Assembly (NCBI GenBank): GCA_018063165.1
Contig: JAGOQU010000001.1
Location: 130,330-194,329, forward strand
Direction of reading: 5' to 3'
DNA from: Minisyncoccota bacterium
Lineage (GTDB): Bacteria > Patescibacteriota > Minisyncoccia > Phycocordibacterales > UBA5272
DNA length: 64,000 nt
Part shown: one piece after another, positions 28,814 through 38,223 of the stretch
How positions within the stretch are numbered: position 1 is the first letter of the stretch
How the letters are laid out: the number at the start of each line of letters is the position of its first letter
Notes under the pieces: generated by a model
What the model was told of the DNA's origin: nothing
The model's database searches: none
The model's input: only the letters and a program-made list of their open reading frames with translations
Translations under genes and position numbers: made by a program

Positions 28814-29299
28814 ATGATAAGAAAAGAAATTCTTAAAAGGGTAAAACCTGTGTTACCTGCTATGTATATATTTGGTGTAACCGTAGTATCATTTTTCTAC
28901 ATCCTTCAAGGATTTGGATATATGTTATTATTTGGAGATTATTTTAATATCTTTCAATCAGAAGATAAAGAATTTTCTGAAACACAAAGATCAATTATAG
29001 GTTTTTTCTTAGTTTTTGGTTCTTTGTCCATGTCCACATTTTTGAATACAATTATGTATATGGCAATTAATCCATACACATTTTTTGAACGTAATACCGA
29101 AAAAAATAATTATTTAGATAGAAATAGAATAAGAATGTATTGTATATATATAGGTCTGACATATCTTTTATTAACAAAGATTGAAGAATATTATTACAGT
29201 ACTTTTTCTTTTATTTTTAATCTTTTTTTAGCTGTCTGTTTATTTTGTTTTATATTTCTTGAACGTTATAAACAAGAATACATACAAAAAAAGATGTAA
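28814..29299 (+). CDS. Polytopic membrane protein
   Basis: 161 aa, about 4 TM helices. No family recognised. Confidence 0.45.
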   Translation: MIRKEILKRVKPVLPAMYIFGVTVVSFFYILQGFGYMLLFGDYFNIFQSEDKEFSETQRSIIGFFLVFGSLSMSTFLNTIMYMAINPYTFFERNTEKNNYLDRNRIRMYCIYIGLTYLLLTKIEEYYYSTFSFIFNLFLAVCLFCFIFLERYKQEYIQKKM

Positions 29300-29334
29300 T
29301 AGTTAAAACACCTTCACTTATGTGGAGGTGTTTT

Positions 29335-29961
29335 TTAATGTCTTCTTTCAAGTGCGCTTTTAAAGGTTTCTCTATCAACGTATTCGAGTTCAAGACCAGA
29401 AGAAAGCCCTCGTGCCAAATGTGACAGGGTAACGGTCTCTATACCTACTATTTGTTTGATGGTTTTTTCTACGTATTCTGTAGTAACATCCCCATAGTCT
29501 GTTACAGGAAGAGCAAAAATGACTTCTGTTATCGTTTTATTTGTTATGTCTGTATGTATGCGTGATGTCAGTTCTCGTATGCGTATAATTTCAGAAGGTT
29601 TTTCTGTAAGAGGTGGAACAAGACCTCCTAAAATAAAATATAGACCATTGTATGAGCCAGCTTTTTCTATGGCATCTAAGTCAAGTTCTTTTTCTAGTAT
29701 CATTAATTGTGTAATATCACGAGATTCTGATGAACATATTGAACATAAAGGTTTTGGAAGTTCTGTATTTTTATCACCAAAAAAGCGATAACACTTTTCA
29801 CATTGTCTTCCGGTAAACTTTAATTCTTCAAGAGTTTTAATAAGTTGCTCTTTATAGTGTGAGTGTTCACGTAGAAGAAAGTATACAAAACGTTTAGCTT
29901 GCTTTGGTCCTATTCCAGGGAAACGCATAAAAAGCTCAGTGAGACGATCTGTAGGATTCAT
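29335..29961 (-). CDS. recR: Recombination protein RecR
   Basis: HhH motif RFPGIGPKQAKRF, zinc finger CEKCYRFFGD...CSICS, and a Toprim domain. Confidence 0.92.
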   Translation of the reverse strand: MNPTDRLTELFMRFPGIGPKQAKRFVYFLLREHSHYKEQLIKTLEELKFTGRQCEKCYRFFGDKNTELPKPLCSICSSESRDITQLMILEKELDLDAIEKAGSYNGLYFILGGLVPPLTEKPSEIIRIRELTSRIHTDITNKTITEVIFALPVTDYGDVTTEYVEKTIKQIVGIETVTLSHLARGLSSGLELEYVDRETFKSALERRH

Positions 29962-30105
29962 AGAGTTAATTTGTTAAGTATAACAAATTAACAGTTCTTA
30001 GCTATTAGCTGATAGTTTTTAGCTAAATACATACTGACGACATAGAAATAAGTAAAAAAAACAGAAAAACAAAAACCGCAACGCAGTTTTTGCGTGGCGG
30101 TTGGT

Positions 30106-30726
30106 TTAGTGAACGCAATACTCACGAATGAGTTCCTTACGTGTAGATGTTTTAAGACCACGAAGAGGAATCTTGCGAATCAGTTCTTGTTCTTCGCAAA
30201 ACTTTCTTTTATTCTTTGCTTGTTCTTCAGCAAGATCTGTAAGATAGGATTCTCGCCAGTAATCGAAATCAGTATACCCTTGAAGTTGACAGTCATCATC
30301 TAAAGGTATAAAAGTATCAAATTCATATGAATATTGACCAGGGAACAATCTGTCATCTGAGTCATATCTGTACAAATCCCAGTTTGGGTCTCCTGCTTCA
30401 AACCATAGATCCTCCATTCTTTCGAGTTTGTGGAACAGCTTTGCTTCGTTATTGTTAAGCTCACGCCATCCGCGTTCCATAGCAAGACAAAGGTAATCGT
30501 CGGTCATCCGATCGAATTTACTATCTCTTATCTCCATCATCCAGTCAAGGAAACGGTCATCTTCACCGAAATCTTCAAAGTCAAAGATGTGAAAGTGCGA
30601 TTCAAGTTCTTGACTTAAATGGTAATTAAATTCCATCCGGTCGATTTCTTCATTGCTTGGTGCCGTAAGGTACGGCAGGGTTGCGACGAATTTTTTCGAA
30701 CCAGAAACTTTACGATTTTTAGCCAT
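30106..30726 (-). CDS. Highly acidic Trp/Asp/Glu-rich hypothetical protein (cassette 1)
   Basis: 206 aa from the internal Met MAKNRKVSG, with a GGAGA RBS. Composition and local GC content are atypical for the window. Confidence 0.55.
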   Translation of the reverse strand: MAKNRKVSGSKKFVATLPYLTAPSNEEIDRMEFNYHLSQELESHFHIFDFEDFGEDDRFLDWMMEIRDSKFDRMTDDYLCLAMERGWRELNNNEAKLFHKLERMEDLWFEAGDPNWDLYRYDSDDRLFPGQYSYEFDTFIPLDDDCQLQGYTDFDYWRESYLTDLAEEQAKNKRKFCEEQELIRKIPLRGLKTSTRKELIREYCVH

Positions 30727-30839
30727 TTTTATCTCCAAAAGTTGTTGAAAAGTACAGAAATCTTTAGTGAAATGAACAATATTCAATTCAAAAAGCAGAA
30801 TTATAGTATACACTAAATATAGAAAAAGTCAAGTAAAAT
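30727..30839 (-). repeat. Copy 1 of a 113-bp promoter-plus-5'-leader module
   Basis: Near-identical to 31387-31498 (3-4 mismatches). On the minus strand it reads TTGACT, 16 nt, TATACT, then about 75 nt of leader, GGAGATAAAA and the ATG. Confidence 0.7.
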
Positions 30840-30906
30840 TGAATTGAAAAGTATTATTAAATATGAAAAACAAAAACCGCTAATGCAGTTTTTGTCTAGC
30901 GGTCTA

Positions 30907-31386
30907 TCAGTATGCAGTTTGTAGCGGTCCATCTTGCCAACATGTTTCCTCGAGATATTCTTTCTCAGGTGCAGATATTGGATCAGGATTCAGCCATGAA
31001 TAGCGAGCGGGTATCACAGCCCAGGTTAATCTTGGTCGTGAGTCCCACCAGTCTACAGCAAAACGAAGATCAGTCTTTTCCTGTAAAACTTGACGTAGTT
31101 TAGCACCAAGATATAACTCAGGGGATTCAGTCTGGTCTTTTAGGTGTAGTGCAACAAGCAGTGATCCGCTTGTCTTACATGTTTTGCATTCACGGTAGTT
31201 TTCAAGGTATCCATTACCGTTACAGTCAATACATCTATCGTAATATAGTTCCCATGCAACCTCATCATCATGATCATCAAAATAATCATCATACAGACCA
31301 TCGATACCCCAAGGGCCCATTACAACAAGTGCGGTCAAGGTCTCAGAAACTTCACGTGAACTTGGTTTAAAGCGGTTTGCTTTCAT
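30907..31386 (-). CDS. Hypothetical acidic protein with a CxxC...CxxC zinc ribbon (cassette 2)
   Basis: 159 aa containing CIDCNGNGYLENYRECKTCKTSG. It is W/D-rich. Confidence 0.55.
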   Translation of the reverse strand: MKANRFKPSSREVSETLTALVVMGPWGIDGLYDDYFDDHDDEVAWELYYDRCIDCNGNGYLENYRECKTCKTSGSLLVALHLKDQTESPELYLGAKLRQVLQEKTDLRFAVDWWDSRPRLTWAVIPARYSWLNPDPISAPEKEYLEETCWQDGPLQTAY

Positions 31387-31498
31387 TTTATCTCCAAAAG
31401 TTGTTTAAAAGTACAGAAATCTTTAGTGAAATGAACAAAATTCAATTCAAAAAGCAGAATTATATTATACACTAAATATAGAAAAAGTCAAGTAAAAT
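31387..31498 (-). repeat. Copy 2 of the 113-bp promoter-plus-leader module
   Basis: See copy 1. The 3' flanks of the two ORFs (30066-30102 and 30866-30903) are also related hairpin terminators. Confidence 0.7.
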
Positions 31499-31816
31499 AG
31501 TAAAAAAGTCTTTTAAAATAATGAAAACAAAGCAATAAAGAAGATTTTGCTTGAGTTGCTTTATATTGTATTTCACAGACTCAAGTTTTTCATTTTAAAA
31601 GTTTCTCGGAGACTGACGAGTCGAGAGGGAGCGAATTGCGAAGCCGAGCAATTACGCGACTTTTAAAATGGAAAACTAAAAAGAAAACAAGAATTGATGT
31701 AAGGAAGAGTTTGATATTTAAACAGAGAAAATTTCTATATTTCAAAAAATAAGAATATAAAATATTTTATACAGAATACGGACCTGGATTCCATATCAAG
31801 CCTGGAATGATAAATA

Positions 31817-31856
31817 CAAAGAGCGAAACCGAAGGTTTCGCTCTTTGTATTTTTAG
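31817..31856 (-). terminator. Terminator downstream of dnaB
   Basis: CAAAGAGCGAAACCgaaGGTTTCGCTCTTTG with T-rich flanks. Confidence 0.6.
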
Positions 31857-31913
31857 TTACAGTCTACCCAGTAGATAATTCTACTGAATCACATGCTAAT
31901 CACTAAAAGCTCT

Positions 31914-33401
31914 TTAGAAGTCCTGTATATTTACACTAACATTCGGCATAGAAAAATCTCCAAACTCTGATTTCTCAACAGAAACGAACGAGGTCTTCTT
32001 GTCATCAAAGTATAGTTCTACCATACCAGTTGGTCCATTACGGTGTTTTTCAATTAAAATTTCTACAATGTTTTTACGTTCAGTTCCTTCAGTTCCATAT
32101 TTGTCTTCACGATGTATGAACATAACCACGTCCGCATCTTGCTCGATAGATCCAGAGTCACGAAGGTCAGAGAGTCTTGGTTTTCCTCCACGAGATTCAA
32201 CGGCACGAGATAACTGTGACAGTGCTATAACCGGAGCGTTAAATTCCTTTGCGAGCGCTTTAAGAGAGCGAGAAATTTCTGTTACTTGATTCACCATGTT
32301 GTCATAGCTTTTAGACGTTCCCATAAGCTGGAGGTAGTCCACGATAATAAGTCCAATAGGTTTATCTGTATTGAGTCGACGAAGTGTACTACGCATGTTA
32401 AGAATAGTATTAGCAGCTTTGTCATCTACAAAGATTGGTGCACGCATGAGTTCGTGCATACCTTGTTGAAGACGTTCGAACTCTTCATCGAGTGAAAGTT
32501 TTGCTGTACGAAGTTTCCAGCTATCAACTTGTGATTGAGCTGAGAGCATACGATCAACAAGTTGTTCTTTACTCATTTCCAGAGAAAAAATTGCAACAGG
32601 TATACCATGTTTTACTGCAGCATTACGAGCAAAATCTAGTGCTAACGATGTCTTTCCAACAGAAGGTCGTGCAGCTAGAATAATAAGATCTGATGGTTGA
32701 AAACCAGATAGTTTGTGGTCAAGGTCTTTGAAACCAGAAGGTGTTCCACGCATACCACCTTCTTTTTCTGACATTTTTTCAATACGGGACCATGTTTCAT
32801 CAATAAGTTCATTAAAGCCTATTAGTCTATCAGATGTACCTCCTTTTGTTGTAATCTCGTATATACTTTTTTCTGATTCTTCTAAAATTGATTCAAGAGA
32901 GTCTGTTTCTTCATAAGCAATTTCACCTATGTGTGTTGTTGCTTCTATGAGTTTACGAAGTAGCTCTTTTTTTCTAACTATCTGTGCATAGTATTTTACA
33001 TTAGATGCAGACCCAACAAGACCAAGAAGATCTGAAAGGTATGAAGCACCACCTATTTGATCAAATTCTTTTCGTTCACGAAGCGCAGCACTTACTGTAA
33101 GTATATCTACAGGTTCTTTTCTGTTTACAAGGTCTTCTATAACTTCGTAAATGATTTGATGCTTTGCTGCATAGAAACTTTGAGAATTAACAACATCTGC
33201 TATGTCAAACATAGCATCAGAAGAAAGAAGAAGTGAGCCTAGTAACGCTTTTTCTGATTCTAAATCTTGTGGAGGTATACGTGGACCACGGAGAGGGTCT
33301 TCTGTAGGTTTACGATCGTAACTTTCATAGTTTCCACCATATTTACTTCTTCCTTTATATTTTTGTTTTGAAGATGATGATAATTGGTCAAGTGGAATCA
33401 T
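31914..33401 (-). CDS. dnaB: Replicative DNA helicase DnaB
   Basis: N-terminal DnaB domain (ALLGSLLLSSDAM), Walker A ARPSVGKTSLAL, and the C-terminal RecA-like fold. Confidence 0.95.
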   Translation of the reverse strand: MIPLDQLSSSSKQKYKGRSKYGGNYESYDRKPTEDPLRGPRIPPQDLESEKALLGSLLLSSDAMFDIADVVNSQSFYAAKHQIIYEVIEDLVNRKEPVDILTVSAALRERKEFDQIGGASYLSDLLGLVGSASNVKYYAQIVRKKELLRKLIEATTHIGEIAYEETDSLESILEESEKSIYEITTKGGTSDRLIGFNELIDETWSRIEKMSEKEGGMRGTPSGFKDLDHKLSGFQPSDLIILAARPSVGKTSLALDFARNAAVKHGIPVAIFSLEMSKEQLVDRMLSAQSQVDSWKLRTAKLSLDEEFERLQQGMHELMRAPIFVDDKAANTILNMRSTLRRLNTDKPIGLIIVDYLQLMGTSKSYDNMVNQVTEISRSLKALAKEFNAPVIALSQLSRAVESRGGKPRLSDLRDSGSIEQDADVVMFIHREDKYGTEGTERKNIVEILIEKHRNGPTGMVELYFDDKKTSFVSVEKSEFGDFSMPNVSVNIQDF

Positions 33402-33494
33402 AATAGAATTAAGTGTACACGAGTAGGTACCACTTGCACAAAAGAAATATATATTGTGTTACTTATAAAATCTGTGGATACTGTGGATAACGAA

Positions 33495-34889
33495 TTAAAT
33501 ACGTTCTAATTCTTGCTCGTTACCATTGTCTTGTATAGAAAAACCTAAACTAGCTATTTCATCACGTAATCTATCTGACTCAGTATAGTTTTTTGCATTT
33601 CTAGCGAGGGTTCTCATTTCGAGTAGTTTCTTCACTTCTTCTGGTATTTCTATTATTTCTTTTTTTGCTTCTTGTATACCAAGACCAAGCACTGAATCAA
33701 AAGAAAGTAATGTCGTATATATATCAGCAGATGACGCTGTATCATCTTTAAGCATTGTCCAAATAAGAGCAATTGCTTTTGGTGTATTAAGATCATCTGC
33801 TAGAACTTCATTAAATTTTTCTTTATATGTTTCTAAGATTGTTCCTGTTTCTTTGTTGTGTTCTATTGACCATGCAATTAGCTTGTTGTACGCATTGCTA
33901 GATGCTTCGAGACTTTCGAAAGAAAAATCTATTTCTGATCTATAGTGAGCTGTAAGAACGTAATATCTAAATAGAAGAGGAGAGTATCCTTTAGCTGATA
34001 ACGTATCTAATCGTAAAAAGTCTTCATTAGATTTTGACATTTTACCTTGTTTATCGTTCAAAAAATTAACATGCATCCAATAGTTTACGTATGTTTCTCC
34101 TGTAACAGATTCGCTTTGAGCTATTTCATTTGTATGGTGTACTGGTATGTGATCTATTCCTCCTGTATGTATATCAAAATGATTACCAAGATATTTCATT
34201 GACATTGCTGAACATTCAATATGCCATCCTGGAAACCCTTTTCCCCAAGGGCTTTCCCATTCCATATGTCTTGTTTCATTATGTGGTGAAAATTTCCAAA
34301 GAGCAAAGTCTGTTATATTTCTTTTTTCTGTGTTTTCTTCTACACGTGCACCACTTTTTAAACCTTCTATATCAAGATGTGCAAAATCTGCATACGCTTT
34401 GAATGTTGATGTATCAAAATAGACACCATCAGAGATAGTGTATGTATGTCCAGATATTTCAAGCGCTGAAATAAGAGCTATTTGTTCTCGTATATGATCT
34501 GTTGCACGAGGAAATGTATATGCGTTAGTTGGTATAGAAAGACTTTCCAGATCTTTCAAAAAAGCATCTGTATACATTTTTGCAATTTCCCAAGCATTTT
34601 TACCTTCACGTATAGCACCTTTTTCTAATTTATCTTGGCCATCATCACCGTCACCAACCATATGACCAACATCTGTTATGTTAATGATGTGTGTTACGTT
34701 GTATCTATTGTAGATAAACATTCTGCGAAGTGTATCTGCAATAATATATGCACGTAAATTGCCTATATGAGCATAGTGGTATACAGTTGGTCCGCAAGAG
34801 TATATACCAACAGAATTTGGTATAATAGGAATGAATTCCTCAACTGATTTTGATTTTGTGTTATAAAGTTTTATTGCTGTAGAGCTCAT
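33495..34889 (-). CDS. cysS: Cysteine--tRNA ligase
   Basis: HIGN (the HIGH motif) and KMSKSNEDF (the KMSKS motif). Confidence 0.95.
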   Translation of the reverse strand: MSSTAIKLYNTKSKSVEEFIPIIPNSVGIYSCGPTVYHYAHIGNLRAYIIADTLRRMFIYNRYNVTHIINITDVGHMVGDGDDGQDKLEKGAIREGKNAWEIAKMYTDAFLKDLESLSIPTNAYTFPRATDHIREQIALISALEISGHTYTISDGVYFDTSTFKAYADFAHLDIEGLKSGARVEENTEKRNITDFALWKFSPHNETRHMEWESPWGKGFPGWHIECSAMSMKYLGNHFDIHTGGIDHIPVHHTNEIAQSESVTGETYVNYWMHVNFLNDKQGKMSKSNEDFLRLDTLSAKGYSPLLFRYYVLTAHYRSEIDFSFESLEASSNAYNKLIAWSIEHNKETGTILETYKEKFNEVLADDLNTPKAIALIWTMLKDDTASSADIYTTLLSFDSVLGLGIQEAKKEIIEIPEEVKKLLEMRTLARNAKNYTESDRLRDEIASLGFSIQDNGNEQELERI

Positions 34890-34934
34890 AGGTATCTATA
34901 TATTACTTATTCCTTTCATTCTAGCACATATACG

Positions 34935-36212
34935 ATGTATACTAAGAAACATATGTCTACAATGAACAATTTTTCAGATGGTGTACTGCCTCATCATTTT
35001 TCTAAGAAAATGGCTATTAAGAGTATTGCAATAGGTTCTTTTATTTTTGCATTATTTGCGCTTGGTTTTTTGATTGGAAATGCTACAGCTAATAAAACCT
35101 ATGCTTCAAATATTACTGTAACAGCGCTTGATGGCGGTGACCTTTTTTCTAAAGTTAAGAGTACTGTTTCAGATAAATTTATTTTTTGGAAATCTTCCTC
35201 AACTCTTCCTACTGCAAAAGAACTTGAATATGGCATGATATCAGGATACGTTGCTAGTTATAAAGATCCATACACTGTCTTCTTTCCACCAAAAGAAGCT
35301 AAAAGTTTTGCTGAAAATGTTAAGGGTTCATTCGGAGGTGTTGGTATGAATGTTGGAATGAAAGATGGAAACATTGTTGTTATTGCTCCTCTAAAAGATA
35401 GTCCTGCCATGAAAGCTGGTATTAAAGCGGGTGATATTATTACAGCTGTAGATGGAAAAAACATGCTAGGTATGCAGTCAGATGAAGCTGTCTCTCTTAT
35501 ACGTGGTGAATTAAATACTTCAGTAAAAATAACAGTACTTCATGTTGGTGATAAAGAAGTTACAGATATTACTATTGTCCGTAAAGAAATAAAAATACCA
35601 ACACTCGATACTGAAAAGAAAAACGGAGTATTCGTTATTCATTTGTATAATTTTTCTGCAGAGTCACCAGAATTATTTAAGAATGCTCTTATTGAATTTG
35701 TTAATTCAAAATTGCGCTACCTTGTGGTAGATCTTCGTGGTAATCCAGGTGGATATCTAGAAGCTGCTGTTAATATGTCTAGTTATTTCTTAAAAGATGG
35801 ACAGGTTGTAGTTAGTGAAAGACAGGGTAAAAATGAAACAGTTGTCAATCATAGAAGTTCGGGTATTACTGGTCTTCCTTCTGGTATTAAAATGGTGGTA
35901 ATGGTAGATGGAGGTTCTGCATCTGCATCAGAAATTTTGGCTGGAGCATTGAAAGATCATGGTATAGCAAAAGTTGTTGGAATAAAATCTTTTGGTAAGG
36001 GGTCTGTTCAAGAACTTATTAATTTTGATGATGGCTCATCTCTTAAAGTAACTATTGCTAAATGGTATACACCAAACGGTGTTAATATTTCTGAAAGTGG
36101 TATTAAGCCAGACATAGAAGTTGCTGTGGCTACAACAACACCAAAAGGATTTAAAGGGGTATATGATGCACAGCTTGAAAAAGCTATTGCTGTAGTAAAA
36201 AGTATCAAATAA
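34935..36212 (+). CDS. Carboxyl-terminal processing protease (S41 family) with a PDZ domain
   Basis: PDZ segment GIKAGDIITAVDG, and the S41 core LRGNPGGYLEAAV...GGSASASEILAGALKDHG...KSFGKGSVQ. Confidence 0.9.
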   Translation: MYTKKHMSTMNNFSDGVLPHHFSKKMAIKSIAIGSFIFALFALGFLIGNATANKTYASNITVTALDGGDLFSKVKSTVSDKFIFWKSSSTLPTAKELEYGMISGYVASYKDPYTVFFPPKEAKSFAENVKGSFGGVGMNVGMKDGNIVVIAPLKDSPAMKAGIKAGDIITAVDGKNMLGMQSDEAVSLIRGELNTSVKITVLHVGDKEVTDITIVRKEIKIPTLDTEKKNGVFVIHLYNFSAESPELFKNALIEFVNSKLRYLVVDLRGNPGGYLEAAVNMSSYFLKDGQVVVSERQGKNETVVNHRSSGITGLPSGIKMVVMVDGGSASASEILAGALKDHGIAKVVGIKSFGKGSVQELINFDDGSSLKVTIAKWYTPNGVNISESGIKPDIEVAVATTTPKGFKGVYDAQLEKAIAVVKSIK

Positions 36213-36236
36213 TAACTTTTAAACAATAAGAAAAAA

Positions 36237-36267
36237 GAGTGAACGCGAAGCGTCCACTCTTTTTGTA
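36237..36267 (+). terminator. Rho-independent terminator
   Basis: GAGTGAACGCgaaGCGTCCACTC followed by TTTTT. Confidence 0.65.
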
Positions 36268-36439
36268 TTAGTTAGAAAAAGACAAGACCGCTGATGAGGC
36301 GGTCTTTAAGAAACGATCTGGTGCTTGTTCTTGCTTGGGTTGTTACAGGGAGTTGAACAAGTCTTCAACCATCGTTTAACTCATGTATAAGTTTAAACAT
36401 ACTTTTAAATAGTGTTCAAGGGTTTCTGTATAGTAGAGA

Positions 36440-36468
36440 AAAGGGCGACATGCTTCGCATGTCGCCCT
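36440..36468 (-). terminator. Terminator for the lipoprotein gene
   Basis: AAGGGCGACATGcttcGCATGTCGCCCTT with a T-rich tail on the minus strand. Confidence 0.65.
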
Positions 36469-36485
36469 TTAGCATCAATCTTCAT

Positions 36486-37643
36486 TTACGTATTTTGATA
36501 CACAGCTAAAAGATTGGATTTTGTTTTAAGTGCATAAGGAGCTATTCTATGCTTGCCATAGGCAGCAAAGATAGACTTTGACATGTTTTTTTGTATCCAT
36601 GCTTTTGTCATATTTTTTGCTGGCTCTGGCGCATGATGTGCTGCTGCTATATACATCACTATCTCGTCTTGGTAGTTACCGTGCTTCTCTTTTAAGATTG
36701 TTACACCTTTAGGAGAAAGCGAGGCGACAAGGCGGGAGAGATTATGTACCGCAAAATAAAATGCGGCGGTATGATGCTCGTGTCCCTTTAATTTCACGAC
36801 TGAATCAGCTATCTTGTCACCACCTTCTTTTACAAAAGCGTTGACAATAGATGCTCCATCAGTAGATTGATTATCTTTTCTAACAGCATACATAGTAAAC
36901 TGATAGAATCCGATCGAAGTGAGGCCATCACCGAGTGCTGGAATGTTATAAACAAATTCAGCGCCTGCGTTCTGCAGAAGCACATCCATATACTCGACGT
37001 TCAGTCTTCCTTCGGAAGAAGGGAGGAGTTCTGTCATGCCATAGGCAATCAAATCTTTTCCTTGTAGATTAGAAATGACTGCTTTGTTGACCTGACATTT
37101 TTCTTGTGTAAGTTTGTAATGCTTACACAATTTATTCCAATCAAGAGATTTTTTTCCAGAAGCAACTTTTTGGTTTGCGACTGAAACAAAATTCTTGAAG
37201 CTCATCTTTTTTCTATCCGAGATGAGGTAGTTCTCGTAAAGTTCTGGTACCTTACTTAGTACTGTTTCTGTACTCTCCTTACACACTCCTTTTTTGTTAC
37301 ACTTTTCAAAGTTTATTTTTTGTTCAAATAACTTTGAAAGATTTTCATCGAAAGAAATATCTGTATGAGGTGGTACAGACCCATTAGGAAGACCAAGGTA
37401 TTTTGCATACAGGTCTCCTAGTTTTCTGCCAGCAAGTGGACCAAGGTTGATAGTTTTTTTATCACCAGCCTTTTCCTCTTTTGCAGTCTTCAGAGCTTCC
37501 AGAGAGGCATTTTTACGATCCTCACGGGTTGTAGGTATTACTGCAATAGATTTCTCAATTACTTTCTTTTCGTATGCTTGTTGTTCTTTTTCAGAACAGC
37601 CAAACATTCCAATAATAGAAAGCAACATAATGAAAAAATTCAT
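36486..37643 (-). CDS. Hypothetical lipoprotein
   Basis: Lipobox LLSIIGMFGCS. 385 aa. No catalytic motif recognised with confidence. Confidence 0.5.
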   Translation of the reverse strand: MNFFIMLLSIIGMFGCSEKEQQAYEKKVIEKSIAVIPTTREDRKNASLEALKTAKEEKAGDKKTINLGPLAGRKLGDLYAKYLGLPNGSVPPHTDISFDENLSKLFEQKINFEKCNKKGVCKESTETVLSKVPELYENYLISDRKKMSFKNFVSVANQKVASGKKSLDWNKLCKHYKLTQEKCQVNKAVISNLQGKDLIAYGMTELLPSSEGRLNVEYMDVLLQNAGAEFVYNIPALGDGLTSIGFYQFTMYAVRKDNQSTDGASIVNAFVKEGGDKIADSVVKLKGHEHHTAAFYFAVHNLSRLVASLSPKGVTILKEKHGNYQDEIVMYIAAAHHAPEPAKNMTKAWIQKNMSKSIFAAYGKHRIAPYALKTKSNLLAVYQNT

Positions 37644-37780
37644 CTTATCTCCAGTTTTAAATTAAAAAGAACAGGGTAGTTTTTATATAAAAACTAGTAT
37701 TACATTATAGCACATTTTAGTATAAAAGTCAAGTAAATTATCATTTGTTTATAAGGCTTTTTTGCTGTATTATAGAATAT

Positions 37781-38221
37781 ATGAAAGTAATACTCTTAAA
37801 AGATATATCAAAAATTGGCAAACGTGGTGATGTAAAAGAAGTGGCAGATGGATATGCTATTAATGTTCTTATTAAAAAAGAGATGGCACTTCGTGCTACA
37901 CCTCAGGAACTGATGAAGTGGAAACAAAAAGCCGATTCTCAAGATCATAAAAAAGCACTTGCGACAAATACATTTGTACAACTCATAGACGCTATTCGTA
38001 ATGAAAAAGTTGTGATAACTGGAAAAAAAGCAGATCAAAAAGGACAGCTTTTTGCTGCTGTGCATGAAAATGATATAGTAGATGCTATTTTTGCCGTAAC
38101 TAAATTATCTGTTGACCCGAAGCAGATACTTATAACTGGTCATATTAAATCTATTGGTGTACATACTCTAGAAATAAAACAAGGAGACAAAAAAGAAAAA
38201 ATTACTATTGAGATAAAATAA
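37781..38221 (+). CDS. rplI: 50S ribosomal protein bL9
   Basis: MKVILLKDISKIGKRGDVKEVADGYAINVLI... Confidence 0.9.
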   Translation: MKVILLKDISKIGKRGDVKEVADGYAINVLIKKEMALRATPQELMKWKQKADSQDHKKALATNTFVQLIDAIRNEKVVITGKKADQKGQLFAAVHENDIVDAIFAVTKLSVDPKQILITGHIKSIGVHTLEIKQGDKKEKITIEIK

Positions 38222-38223
38222 GT

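Noticed and set aside
31613-31620. CTGACGAG heptamer suggestive of a hammerhead ribozyme core
   Set aside because: The flanking sequence does not provide stem II followed by GAAA, nor a three-way junction. It is kept only as part of the structured-element finding.
36291-36298. CTGATGAG suggestive of a hammerhead core
   Set aside because: The motif sits in the loop of a simple hairpin, which is the wrong topology for a hammerhead.
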